From the NCBI GenBank assembly GCA_963745235.1, contig CAVUXE010000003.1:81257-145256 (forward strand): a stretch of DNA of 64,000 bases. The letters are read 5' to 3'. Both the position numbers and the translations under genes were made by a program. Numbering within the stretch: position 1 is the first letter of the stretch; each line of letters starts with the position of its first letter. The notes beneath the pieces are model-generated. The model ran no database searches. It worked only from the letters and a program-made list of their open reading frames with translations, and was not told the DNA's origin. The DNA is from an uncultured Spirochaetota bacterium (lineage in GTDB: Bacteria > Spirochaetota > Spirochaetia > SZUA-6 > Fen-1364). Of this stretch, positions 31,712 through 41,381 are shown one piece after another.

Positions 31712-33710
31712 GGATCTCCTCCCTGGTCCTGTCGCCAACGGGGATGCGCACGTGGAAGGTTGTACCCTTTCCCACCTCGCTGTCCACCGTGATGTCTCCC
31801 GCATGCATCTTCACGACCCCGTACACGATGGACAGCCCCATGCCGCTGCCTTTGCCCAGCTGCTTCGTCGTGTAGAAGGGAGTGAAGATGTCCTTGAGCG
31901 TTTCCTGCGGCATCCCGCTGCCCGTGTCCCTCACGCGGAGCACGGCGAGGTCACCGGATTCCGAGAGGCCGACGCTGACCACCACCTCGCCGCCCGCCTC
32001 CCCGTTGATCGCGTCGATGCCGTTCTGCACGAGGTTCACGAGCATCTGGCGGATCTGCTCTCCGTCCGCGCTGACCCGGGGCATTGCCTCCTGGACCTCT
32101 GCCCGCACCCGCGTCCCGCTGTCGGCAAGTTTCATGTTCATGGAATCAGCGATGTCATGGGCAATGAGCCCCAGGTCAGTTGGGGTCTTCACCACCCGCG
32201 ACTGTCGGGCGAAATCCAGGAGGCCGCGCATGATGGACCTGCACCGGTTTGCCTCGTTCACGATCATCTGGATGTCCTCCGACTCCGCATCCCCCTCGCG
32301 GTGGGCCTTCAGGAGCATGTGGGAGTACAGGAGAATGGTGGAAAGCGGGTTGTTGATCTCGTGGGCCACCCCCGCGGAGATCTGGCCCATGGAAGCGAGG
32401 CGCTCCGTCTGGACCAGCCTGTCCTGCGTGGCCTGGTGGGACTTCTGGAGCACCGCGAGGGTCATCTCCAGCTCTTCCACCAGGTAGGGAAGGCACATGC
32501 TCACCTCGGCAATCCCCTGGCACACGGCAATGGCCTTCTCCCTGCAGGACGGGTAGCCGCATGACCCGCAATCCAGCTGGTCCTCGGGCCCGAACTTGCG
32601 CATGAGGCGCAGCGTGGCTTCAATGTCCTGCTCGGCCGGCTGCGGCAGGACCACCGCGTCCTCCGCGAACTCCCTGCGCAGGTCGATGTCGGCAAACTCC
32701 GCAATTGTCTCCCCCATGTCGCGGCTGGGCTGGCTCTCGTTCCGCGCATGGATGTAGTCCGTGAGCATCTCCCTGCGCGCCACGGCGCCCATGGTCCCCG
32801 GCATCCGGGGCCCGTTCAGACAGCCTTCGCAGAAAAGGACGTCGAACATGCGCGCCTTGCTCCTGCCTTCGGCCAGCTCCCTCAGCGCGGAGATGACCCG
32901 GTCCTTCCCCTCGGTGACGACGACGGTGTTCTGCAGGATGTCAGCGTCGAATCCGGCGGCGCGAAGAAGGCCTCCGGAGAGCGGGATGGACCGACCGAGG
33001 TACGACGCCGGACCGTCGAAGTCCGACGGCGGGAACGACGTCGGGTCCACGGCTGCCGTCCGCCACAGGGCGGAAAGCTCCTCATAGGTCAGCACCGCGT
33101 CCACGGTCCCTTGAACGAACCTGTCCCGTATTTCCGCCTTCTTGGCGATACAGGGACCGACGAATACCACCCGCACTCCCGCCCCGAACCTCCGCTTGAT
33201 TGCGCGCGCGGTCGCGATCATGGGGGAGACGATGGGAGCCAGCGCGCCGTGCAGGGAAGGCAGGTATTTCTGGACGTAGGACACGATGGCGGGGCACGGG
33301 GTGCTCACCACGGGCTGGCTTGCCCTGATGGCCTGGCGAGCCAGGATGGCGTACTCCTGGCTGATCAGCTCCGCCCCGAATGCCACTTCCCAGACCTGGG
33401 AGACTCCCAGGGCTCGCACCGCGGACACGATCCTGCCCGGCTCGATTCCCGCGAATGCCACCGGGAACGAAGGGGCGAGACAGGCAAACACCCGCTCGCC
33501 CGCTTCCAGCATCCTGGCAACCGCCATGGAGGAGTCTTCGATCCTTTTCGCCTTCTGCGTGCAGACTTTCACGCAGTTGCCGCAGGCGATGCATTGCTCC
33601 GCGATCACCGTGGCCTGCCCGGAGATGACCTTGATTGCCTTTGCCGGGCATTCCCGCACGCAGGTGTAGCAGCGGCGGCACTTCTCGGGAATTGTCGAGA
33701 CTATCCCCAT
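31698..33710 (-). CDS. sensory [FeFe]-hydrogenase (group C-like) fused to a histidine kinase
   Basis: 2x[4Fe-4S]; STPCP, GPCIAKKAE, FCEGCLNG; CGSCGYPSC FeS domain; AHEINNPL, HATPase boxes. Confidence 0.9.
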   Translation of the reverse strand: MGIVSTIPEKCRRCYTCVRECPAKAIKVISGQATVIAEQCIACGNCVKVCTQKAKRIEDSSMAVARMLEAGERVFACLAPSFPVAFAGIEPGRIVSAVRALGVSQVWEVAFGAELISQEYAILARQAIRASQPVVSTPCPAIVSYVQKYLPSLHGALAPIVSPMIATARAIKRRFGAGVRVVFVGPCIAKKAEIRDRFVQGTVDAVLTYEELSALWRTAAVDPTSFPPSDFDGPASYLGRSIPLSGGLLRAAGFDADILQNTVVVTEGKDRVISALRELAEGRSKARMFDVLFCEGCLNGPRMPGTMGAVARREMLTDYIHARNESQPSRDMGETIAEFADIDLRREFAEDAVVLPQPAEQDIEATLRLMRKFGPEDQLDCGSCGYPSCREKAIAVCQGIAEVSMCLPYLVEELEMTLAVLQKSHQATQDRLVQTERLASMGQISAGVAHEINNPLSTILLYSHMLLKAHREGDAESEDIQMIVNEANRCRSIMRGLLDFARQSRVVKTPTDLGLIAHDIADSMNMKLADSGTRVRAEVQEAMPRVSADGEQIRQMLVNLVQNGIDAINGEAGGEVVVSVGLSESGDLAVLRVRDTGSGMPQETLKDIFTPFYTTKQLGKGSGMGLSIVYGVVKMHAGDITVDSEVGKGTTFHVRIPVGDRTREEIHGVG

Positions 33711-33803
33711 ATGCCCACCGCAGCGGCAGCCTCTTTCTTCACTGCCGTCACAAACGGTCCCAACCCTTGCCAGCTACACATGCGCACCCTCGCGGTGCCT
33801 TTC

Positions 33804-35574
33804 CTACACCCGCTCCCTCGCGACGTACTTCGTGTGGAGCAGATGGTGGGATTTCTCCCCGAGGGGCTTGTGAAGGTATTGATCGTAGATTGCCTTCACC
33901 TCGGGGTTGTTGTGAGACTTGCGGATGGGTTTCCCCTCGTCCTCCTTGTAGATGGCGGCGATCCGGGCTTTGCGCACGTCATCCGTAGTGAGCCGCGGCT
34001 GACCGCCGCCGCCGATGCACCCACCCGGGCACGTCATGACCTCGATGAAGTGATATTGCTCGCCGGAGTGAATCCGCTCGATGAGCTTCCGGGCGTTCCC
34101 CAGGCCGTGCGCCACGCCGACACGCACCGTCACGCCCTCCAGGAAGGACCATTCGGGCACGGTTCCTTCGATCTTCACTGCGGCTTCCTTGATCCCCTGC
34201 AGCCCGGCGATGGGAGCAATGTGCAGGTTCTCGAAAGGCAGGGTCCTTCCGGTCACGATCTCGTACACGGTTCGCAGGGCAGCTTCCATCACGCCGCCGG
34301 TGTTGGCGAAGATGTCCGCCGCTCCCGACGACGCGCCCAGGATGCTGTCCATGGCGCCATCCGGCAGGCTCGTGAAATCTATCCCGGCCTGCTTGATCAT
34401 ACGCCCCAGCTCACGGGTGGTGAGGACCACGTCAACGTCACGCGCGCCGCTCGCGCACATCTCGGGCCTCTGGGACTCGTACTTCTTGGCCGTGCAGGGC
34501 ATGATCGAGACCACGAACATGTCTTCGGGTTTCTTCCCGATCTTCTCTGCAAAGTAGGTCTTTGCCACGGCGCCGAACATCTGCTGCGGAGACTTGCACG
34601 TCGAGATGTTCGGCAGGATGTCGGGCCAGAAGTGCTCCGCGTACCTGATCCACCCGGGCGAGCAGCTGGTGAACATGGGAAGCGCCACCTGCTTCTTGTC
34701 CACGAGCGCTCCCTTGAGGCGCGTCAGCAGCTCCGTTCCTTCCTCGATAATGGTCAGGTCCGCGGTGAAGTTCGTGTCGAACACCCGGTCGAACCCCATC
34801 TGCCGGAGCGCGGTGACCATCTTGCCCGTGACGAGCGTTCCCGGCGCATAGCCGAAGCACTCACCCAGGGCGGCCCGGATGGCGGGAGCGGTCTGAACCA
34901 CCACGGTCTTCTTCGGGTCGTCCAATGCCTCCCACACGCTGGCAATCTCGTCGCGCTCGCTGATTGCGCCCACGGGGCACACGGCGGCGCACTGTCCGCA
35001 TTGCACGCAGACCACCTCGGAGAGCGGCTGCGCGAACGCCGGGGCGATCATGGCCTTGAAGCCCCTCCCCTGCGGGAAGATGGCCCCCACTCCCTGCGTC
35101 TCCCCGCACACCGTGACGCAGCGCCGGCAGGACACGCACTTGGCGGTGTCACGCACGAGCGCCGGAGTGCTCAGCGTCGGTCATGCGCCTGCTCTTCGCT
35201 CCGGCGAAGGTGACCTGGCGGATGCCCAGGTCACTCGCAATGGCCTGCAGCTCGCAGTCGACGTTGCGGTCGCAGGTCTGGCAGTCCCCTTCGTGGTCGG
35301 AGAGGATGAGCTCAACCACGGTTCGCCGCGCGTTCCTGGCCCGGGGAGAGTTGGTTTGCACCTCCATTCCCTCCGCCGCCATGGTCACGCAGGAGGGCAT
35401 CAAGGTCTTTGCGCCTTTCACCTCCACCAGGCACACGCGGCAGCTCCCGATGGCCTGCACGCTCTTGAGGTAGCACAGGGACGGGATCTTGATCCCCGCC
35501 AGCCGGGCGGCTTCCAGCAGGTTCGTCCCGGCCGGGACCTGGATCTTCCTGTTGTCGATGGTCAAAGCTGGCAT
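33804..35574 (-). CDS. hydA: group A3-type [FeFe]-hydrogenase catalytic subunit (frameshift ~35175)
   Basis: N-terminal 2Fe-2S, HxxxC cluster, 2x4Fe-4S; FTSCSPGW, MPCTAKKYE, EVMTCPGGCIGGGGQP; small-subunit tail SHHLLHT. Confidence 0.93.
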
Positions 35575-35575
35575 G

Positions 35576-38500
35576 TCAGTTGGCTCCTTCTTCTCGATAG
35601 TCGCACCGCAGGCACCGCTTGCTCTCCGCGAGCGCGGCCCCGCACGGCAGCGTGAGCTCCACCTCCGCAAAGGTCCCGCTGCGCTTCGCAATCGGGATGA
35701 GCTTCACCGCCGGCCTGGCGCCCGCCACGGGATCCGCGTCCGGATCGAACTGCGCGTCAGACACGCGGCAGGTCCGCCACGGCGCATGACTCTCTCCCGT
35801 CAGGTACGCGTCGATTCCGGCAGCCGCTCTCTCCCCCGCGGCGATTGCCTCCACGACGGAGGAAGGGCCGCTGACGGCGTCACCCGCCGGCGAACACCCA
35901 GTCCACCGAGGTCTGTCCCGTGACCGGGTCAGCCCACAGGTACTCCCGCTCGTTCTGTTTCACCGCGACCCCGTCGAAGAGCGCGGAAGGCACGAGCTTC
36001 TGCCCGATGGCGGCGATGACCATGTCTGCCTCCAGGCCGGAAGTCGTTCTCGCCCTTTGCCACGGGTTTCCTGCGGCCCGTCCGGTCGAAATCACCAAGG
36101 TCCATTGTGCGGAACTTTACGGCCGTGAGCTTTTCACCCTTCCTCACAAGCTCCAGCGGAGCCGCAAGGAACTCGAAGCGCACGCCTTCCCTTTCCGCCT
36201 CTTCCACCTCTTCCGCGAAAGCCGGCATCTCCGCCCGCGTGCGTCGGTAAACCACCGTGGCGCTCTGTGCCCCCAACCGAAGGGCCGTGCGCGCCGCATC
36301 CACCGCCGCGTTCCCTCCCCCGATGACCACGACGTTCCTGCCGACCCTGGCTTTCGAGGTGAGGTTGTATTCCTTGAGGAACCCCAGCGCGTCCACGACT
36401 CCCTTCCCGTCTTCTCCGGCCATGCCGAGGCTCATTCCCTGGGGAGCGCCGACTCCGACGAACACGGCTTCGTATCCCTGCTCCTTGAGGCCGGCCAGCG
36501 TGAAGTCGGTCCCGAGCTTCTTCTTCGTCCTGATGGTCACGCCCATGTCGGCAATCATGTCGATCTCCCGGTCCAGGATGTCGCGCGGGAGGCGATACGC
36601 AGGGATGGCCTGCCGCAGCATGCCTCCTGGTTTGCTCTCAGCCTCGAACACCGTGGGCTTGTAGCCCAGGCGCGCCAGGAAGTACGCGCAGGAAAGGCCC
36701 GCGGGGCCGGCGCCGACAACCGCGATCTTCCGCTCGCCGTTCTTTCCGTCCGCAATGGGATCCGGGAGCTGGGGAGTCTTCTCCTGGTCCGACAGGAACC
36801 TCTTGACCGCTCGAACGGACAGGGGCTCGTCCAGCGTGGACCGCCGGCACTTGCCCTCGCAGGGGTGGAAACAGACCCGGGCGCAGACCCCGACGAACGG
36901 GTTTCTCTCCCGGTGCAGCTTGAGGGCCTCGTTGTAGCGCTTTTCGCCGGTGAGGCTCACGAAGCCCGGGACGTCCACGCCCGCGGGACACGCGTTCTGG
37001 CAGGGCGCCCGCACCAGCTCCGCGCACACCCCCGCGCGGCACTTGTGGTCCCTGATGTGCTCCACGAACTCATCGCGGAAGTAGCGGATGTTGGAGAGAA
37101 CCGGGTTCGGGGCGCCCTGCCCCAGGGCGCAGAGGGCCGTGTCCTGGATCGTCTTTCCCAGCTCGATGAGCCGCTCGATGTCCCCTTCCTCACCCTTCCC
37201 GGCGCAGATGCGGTCCAGGATCTCCAGCATCCTTCGCGTGCCGACCCGGCAGGGCGTGCACTTGCCGCAGGACTCGTCCTGCGTGAACTCCAGGAAGAAC
37301 CGGGCCATGTCCACCATGCAGGAGTCCTCGTCCATGACGATCAGGCCGCCGGACCCCATGATGGCGCCCAGCTGCACGATGGACTCGTAGTCGACGGGAA
37401 CGTTCAGGTGCTCCTTGGGGATGCGATCCGCCGGACGGTCCGCCCATCTGCGCCGCCTTGAACTTCTTCCCGTTGGGGATCCCGCCGCCAATGTCGTAGA
37501 TGATCTCCCCCAGCGGCACGCCCATGTTCACCTCGACAAGGCCGACGTTGTTCACCTTGCCGGTGAGCGCGAAGATCTTCGTCCCGGGGCTCTTCTCGGT
37601 CCCGACGGACCGGAACCAGGCCGCTCCGTTGGTGATGATGAGGGGAATGTTCGCCAGCGTCTCCACGTTGTTGAGCACCGACGGCTTCTCCCAGAGGCCC
37701 GCGTCGGACGGGAACGGCGGCCGCGGCCGCGGCTCTCCCCGCTTTCCTTCGATGGACCGCATGAGGGCCGTCTCTTCGCCGCAGACGAATGCGCCGGAAC
37801 CCCTGGCGATGTCGATGTCGAAGTCAAAGCCGGTGCCAAGGATGTCCGTGCCCAGGAGGCCACGCTCACGGCACTGGTTGATGGCAATGGTGAGCCGCTC
37901 GATTGCAAGCGGGTATTCCGCCCTGCAGTAGATGTATCCCTGGTGCGCGCCGATTGCCCGGGCGCCGATGATCATGCCTTCGATGACCGCGTGCGGATCG
38001 CTTTCCAGCACGCTCCTGTCCATGAACGCGCCCGGGTCTCCCTCGTCCGCGTTGCACAGGAAGTACTTGATCTCCGATTTCGAACGGGATGCGAACTCCC
38101 ACTTGGTGCCCGTGGGGAAGCCCGCACCGCCGCGGCCGCGAAGCCCCGACTTCTTGACCTCTTCCGTGATGCCCTGGGGAGTCATCTCGAGGAGCGCCTT
38201 TGCCGTCGCGATATAGCCCCCCCGCCCGATGTACTCCTCGATGCTCATGGCGGAGATCCTGCCCTTGTTGTGAAGCACGCGCAGGTTCTGCCGGGCAAAG
38301 AACGGGATATCGGCGTAGTGGGGGATCACTGCCTGCGTGATGGGATGGCGGAACATGAGCCTTTCCACCGGTCTCCCTTTCAGCACGTGCTCCTCAACGA
38401 GCTCCGCCATGTCCTCCGGCGTGAGCTTCTGATAGAAGAATCCACCCGGGTACACCACCATGATGGGGCCGCACGCGCAAAACCCGTTGCAGCCTGTCTG

Positions 38501-38674
38501 GACCACCGCCACCTCTCCCGTGGCGCGCGCATCATGCATGTCTTCAATGGAAACGGCATCCGTGAGCTCGTGCGCCGCCAGCTCCTTGACGAGCGCGTCG
38601 CGCACCCTTTGCGCTCCCGAGGAGACGCAGCCCGTGCCGAAGCACATGAGGAGATGCATCCGTGTCGTCTTCAT
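35576..38674 (-). CDS. hydB: HydB/NuoF-like FMN/NADH subunit fused to a GltD-like FAD/NADPH module (frameshifts ~37425, ~36030, ~35880)
   Basis: GRGGAGFPTG, NADEGDPGAFMDR, ESCGKCTPCR; then in frame PCQNACP...CARVC, GAGPAG, GGGNAAVD...YRR, RCLRC. Confidence 0.88.
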
Positions 38675-39093
38675 GCTCTTGCCCTCCCCTGCTTCTTCTC
38701 AGCGTCCGAGGGCTCGCTGCCCACGTACACGACATAGGCACCCGCCGACTTGCCCGCCAGGGTCTGATGGAAGACTTCCCTGACGGTCGCGCCGTCCAGG
38801 TGGCCGTACAGCACGGGCTGAGCGCCGAGGGTCTCCACTGTCATCACCGGCTCGTGCTCGCACGCCCCGATGCATCCCGAGGTGGTGAGCCTGATGTCGG
38901 TGCGGCCGCTCTTCTCCAGCTCTTCGGCCAGCGCGTTCACCACGTCCCTGGCTCCGCTTGCAATACCGCAGGTGCCCATATGCACGGTGAAGCACATCCT
39001 GTAGCCGTCCTCTCGCAGGGCCGCTTTCTTCTGCGCCTCGTCACGAATGGCCAGGATGTCCTGGAGACTCCGTATCTTTTTTGTCTCAGCCAT
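38671..39093 (-). CDS. thioredoxin-fold ferredoxin subunit (HydD/HndB-like)
   Basis: HMGTCGIASGA...SGCIGACEHEP. Confidence 0.88.
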   Translation of the reverse strand: MAETKKIRSLQDILAIRDEAQKKAALREDGYRMCFTVHMGTCGIASGARDVVNALAEELEKSGRTDIRLTTSGCIGACEHEPVMTVETLGAQPVLYGHLDGATVREVFHQTLAGKSAGAYVVYVGSEPSDAEKKQGRARA

Positions 39094-39715
39094 GGACCTT
39101 CACTCCCTTCTTTGCCGTCGCGCGGGCGCCCCTGGCCGCGGGCTTTCGTGGCCTGGCCGCTTTCCCCGGTTCAGCGGCGGCCGGCTCCCGGTAGCGCGCA
39201 AGTATCTCGCGGATCTTCGCCGGCCGCACGCGTTTGTGCACCTCTTCATCAATGGAGACGGCCGGCGCCAGGCCGCAGGCGCCGAAACAGCGGGCCACTT
39301 CGAGACTGAACATCCCGTCTTTCGTGGTTTCCCCCACCTCGATGCCGAGCTCCTTGCGCATGGCCTCCAGCACCTGCTTGCCGCCCCTCACGTAGCAGGC
39401 GGTCCCCAGGCAGACGCGGATCACGTGCCTGCCGCGCGGCTGCGTGGAGAAAAACGCGTAGAAGCCGACGACCCCCGCCACCTCGCTGTAGGACTTGCCC
39501 ATCTCCCGGGCAATCCTTTTCAGCACGTGCTCCGGCAGGAAGCCATAGATGCCCTGCGCCATCTGCAGCACGGGGATGAGGGCACCGGGCTTGTCCCGGT
39601 GCTCCGTCAACACCTCCCCGAGCCTGTCCTGCAGCTCGGCCTCGGTCGCCTGCCCGCAGCAGGCGTCGGAAACGCGCGGCATACCGCGCTGCGCCGCACC
39701 AGTCACCTCGTTCAT
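39086..39715 (-). CDS. hydC: HydC/NuoE-like [2Fe-2S] subunit
   Basis: LIPVLQMAQGIYGFLP, VCLGTACYVRG, RCFGACGLAP. Confidence 0.9.
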   Translation of the reverse strand: MNEVTGAAQRGMPRVSDACCGQATEAELQDRLGEVLTEHRDKPGALIPVLQMAQGIYGFLPEHVLKRIAREMGKSYSEVAGVVGFYAFFSTQPRGRHVIRVCLGTACYVRGGKQVLEAMRKELGIEVGETTKDGMFSLEVARCFGACGLAPAVSIDEEVHKRVRPAKIREILARYREPAAAEPGKAARPRKPAARGARATAKKGVKVHG

Positions 39716-39728
39716 GCTGTTCTCCTCT

Positions 39729-40274
39729 CTATCTGGTCACGTCCAGGGCGTCGAGCCCTTCGGCAATTTTCTCCCGCATGCGCCGCGCCAGGCCGATCTC
39801 CCCCCGCTGGCCCGCCGGCAGCGAACGGGCTATGTCCGTGGTGCTCACGCGCCATTCCCGGTCAGCCACCCGCAGCAGGCTGCGCAGCTCCACGCCCGGG
39901 TTCGTGCACACCACGGATGCAAGAGTCCCGGCGAGATCTCCCAGCGGGCTGCGGTCCACGCTGGAAAGAGGGATGCTCGCCTGGACGCTGAGCCCACCCA
40001 GCGGGGACCTGCCCAGCTGGAAGGTCCCACCGGCCTGCTCGGCGCGAAACTTGAAGAGGCTCAGGCCCAGCCCTGTTGTCTTTCCCTCCTTGGTGGAGAA
40101 GAAAGGGTCAGCGGCGACGTCTCCGGAGACGCTCAGGCCCGGACCATCGTCTTCCACGCGGATTGTCATGATGTCCCGGGACGGCTCTTCCTCCAGGGAC
40201 ACCGTGATGACCGCGGCGCCGGCACGGATGGAGTTCTCCAGCAGGTCGAGGATGTGCAGGGATATCTCACGCAA
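39729..40274 (-). CDS. stand-alone GHKL/HATPase kinase of hydrogenase operons
   Basis: LREISLHILDLLENSIRAGA, DDGPG, DPFFSTK, GLGLS, DRSPLGD; TTG start; no HisKA domain. Confidence 0.85.
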   Translation of the reverse strand: MREISLHILDLLENSIRAGAAVITVSLEEEPSRDIMTIRVEDDGPGLSVSGDVAADPFFSTKEGKTTGLGLSLFKFRAEQAGGTFQLGRSPLGGLSVQASIPLSSVDRSPLGDLAGTLASVVCTNPGVELRSLLRVADREWRVSTTDIARSLPAGQRGEIGLARRMREKIAEGLDALDVTR

Positions 40275-41028
40275 AGGAGCACCTCCTCCCATCCGCGCCC
40301 CGGAGGGCCAGGGCAAGCTCCGCAAAGGCGGGCTCGCGAACGTCCAGCACGGTAAAGCCTGACCCGATGTCGCTGAGGAAGTGCCCGTCCGAGGAGCACA
40401 GGAGCGGCAGCCCGTGCTCCTGCCACGCCGAGGCCGTGCCCCGCGCCGCTCCCGCCGCCGACACCTCGAGGCCGTCGAACGGCACGTCGGGGGGAAGGAA
40501 GCCGAGCTGGCCGGGCACGCTGAAGCTGCGCCTGTCCATGTGCGCGGCCACGGCAAGCCCGCCATGTCTATGAATCAGCGTCACGGCGTCGCACAGGCTG
40601 AAGAGGCTCGCGGCCGCGAGCATCTTCGGCTCGATCCCCGTGATGTTTCCGTCCGCATCCACGAGCTCCTGCTCGCAGCTGCGGCTGCCGGACGCCGGGG
40701 CGCGGGACAACAACGGCCGCCAGGCGGGAAGCCCCTCCCGCACCTCCTCTGATGCCGCGAAAGCGGCTGCTTCGTCCGGGAAGAAGCCCAGGACGTGGAC
40801 TTCCTCCCGGGTGGTGATCTCCATCCCGGGAATGACACGGGGGCCGCCGAGTGACTCGGAGGCCTTCCTGACCGCAAGGACATTCCCGGCGCTGTTGTGG
40901 TCGCACACCGCTATCATCGCCATCCCCTTTTCCATTGCTTCACGGACGATGGCGCGGGGCCGCATCTGCCGCGACGCGCAGGGAGAAAGGACCGTGTGGA
41001 TGTGCAGGTCCGCGGCGCATCGGATCAT
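40267..41028 (-). CDS. PHP-domain phosphoesterase
   Basis: DLHIHT, CDHN, EEVH, AAH, SDGH. Confidence 0.88.
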   Translation of the reverse strand: MIRCAADLHIHTVLSPCASRQMRPRAIVREAMEKGMAMIAVCDHNSAGNVLAVRKASESLGGPRVIPGMEITTREEVHVLGFFPDEAAAFAASEEVREGLPAWRPLLSRAPASGSRSCEQELVDADGNITGIEPKMLAAASLFSLCDAVTLIHRHGGLAVAAHMDRRSFSVPGQLGFLPPDVPFDGLEVSAAGAARGTASAWQEHGLPLLCSSDGHFLSDIGSGFTVLDVREPAFAELALALRGADGRRCSFA

Positions 41029-41381
41029 CCCTTCGTTTTTCCTCGAAGCCCCAGCGCGTAGAGCTTCCCCGCCGTGTCGAAGGTCGACTCCCGGGTGGCG
41101 AACAGGCTGATTTTCTCCGCGGCCGCCCTGGCGCGCACGTCCGCGGGAGGCCTCATTCCCGAGGCAAAAACAACCGCCGCAAGGCCGGCATGGACGGCTA
41201 CCGCCACGACATTCATGTGAACCTGGATGGTGATGAGCAATCCGCCGGCCGGAGCGTTGGCAAGCACGTCGCTGAGGAGGTCGGAGGCGTGCGCCGCATC
41301 CACGTTTCCCGCTTCGTCCATGGGAAGCTCGGTGGTGAGGTTCTCCAGGCCGAGTGCGTCCGCGATCTGTCTCAGCTTCAT
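41025..41381 (-). CDS. DRTGG-domain protein
   Basis: SDLLSDVLANA...ITIQVHMNVVAVA. Confidence 0.85.
   Translation of the reverse strand: MKLRQIADALGLENLTTELPMDEAGNVDAAHASDLLSDVLANAPAGGLLITIQVHMNVVAVAVHAGLAAVVFASGMRPPADVRARAAAEKISLFATRESTFDTAGKLYALGLRGKTKG

Noticed and set aside
35879-35883. In-frame TGA in hydB as selenocysteine or recoding
   Set aside because: Removing one G restores the conserved FAGGDAVSGPSSVVEAI motif, so it is a frameshift.
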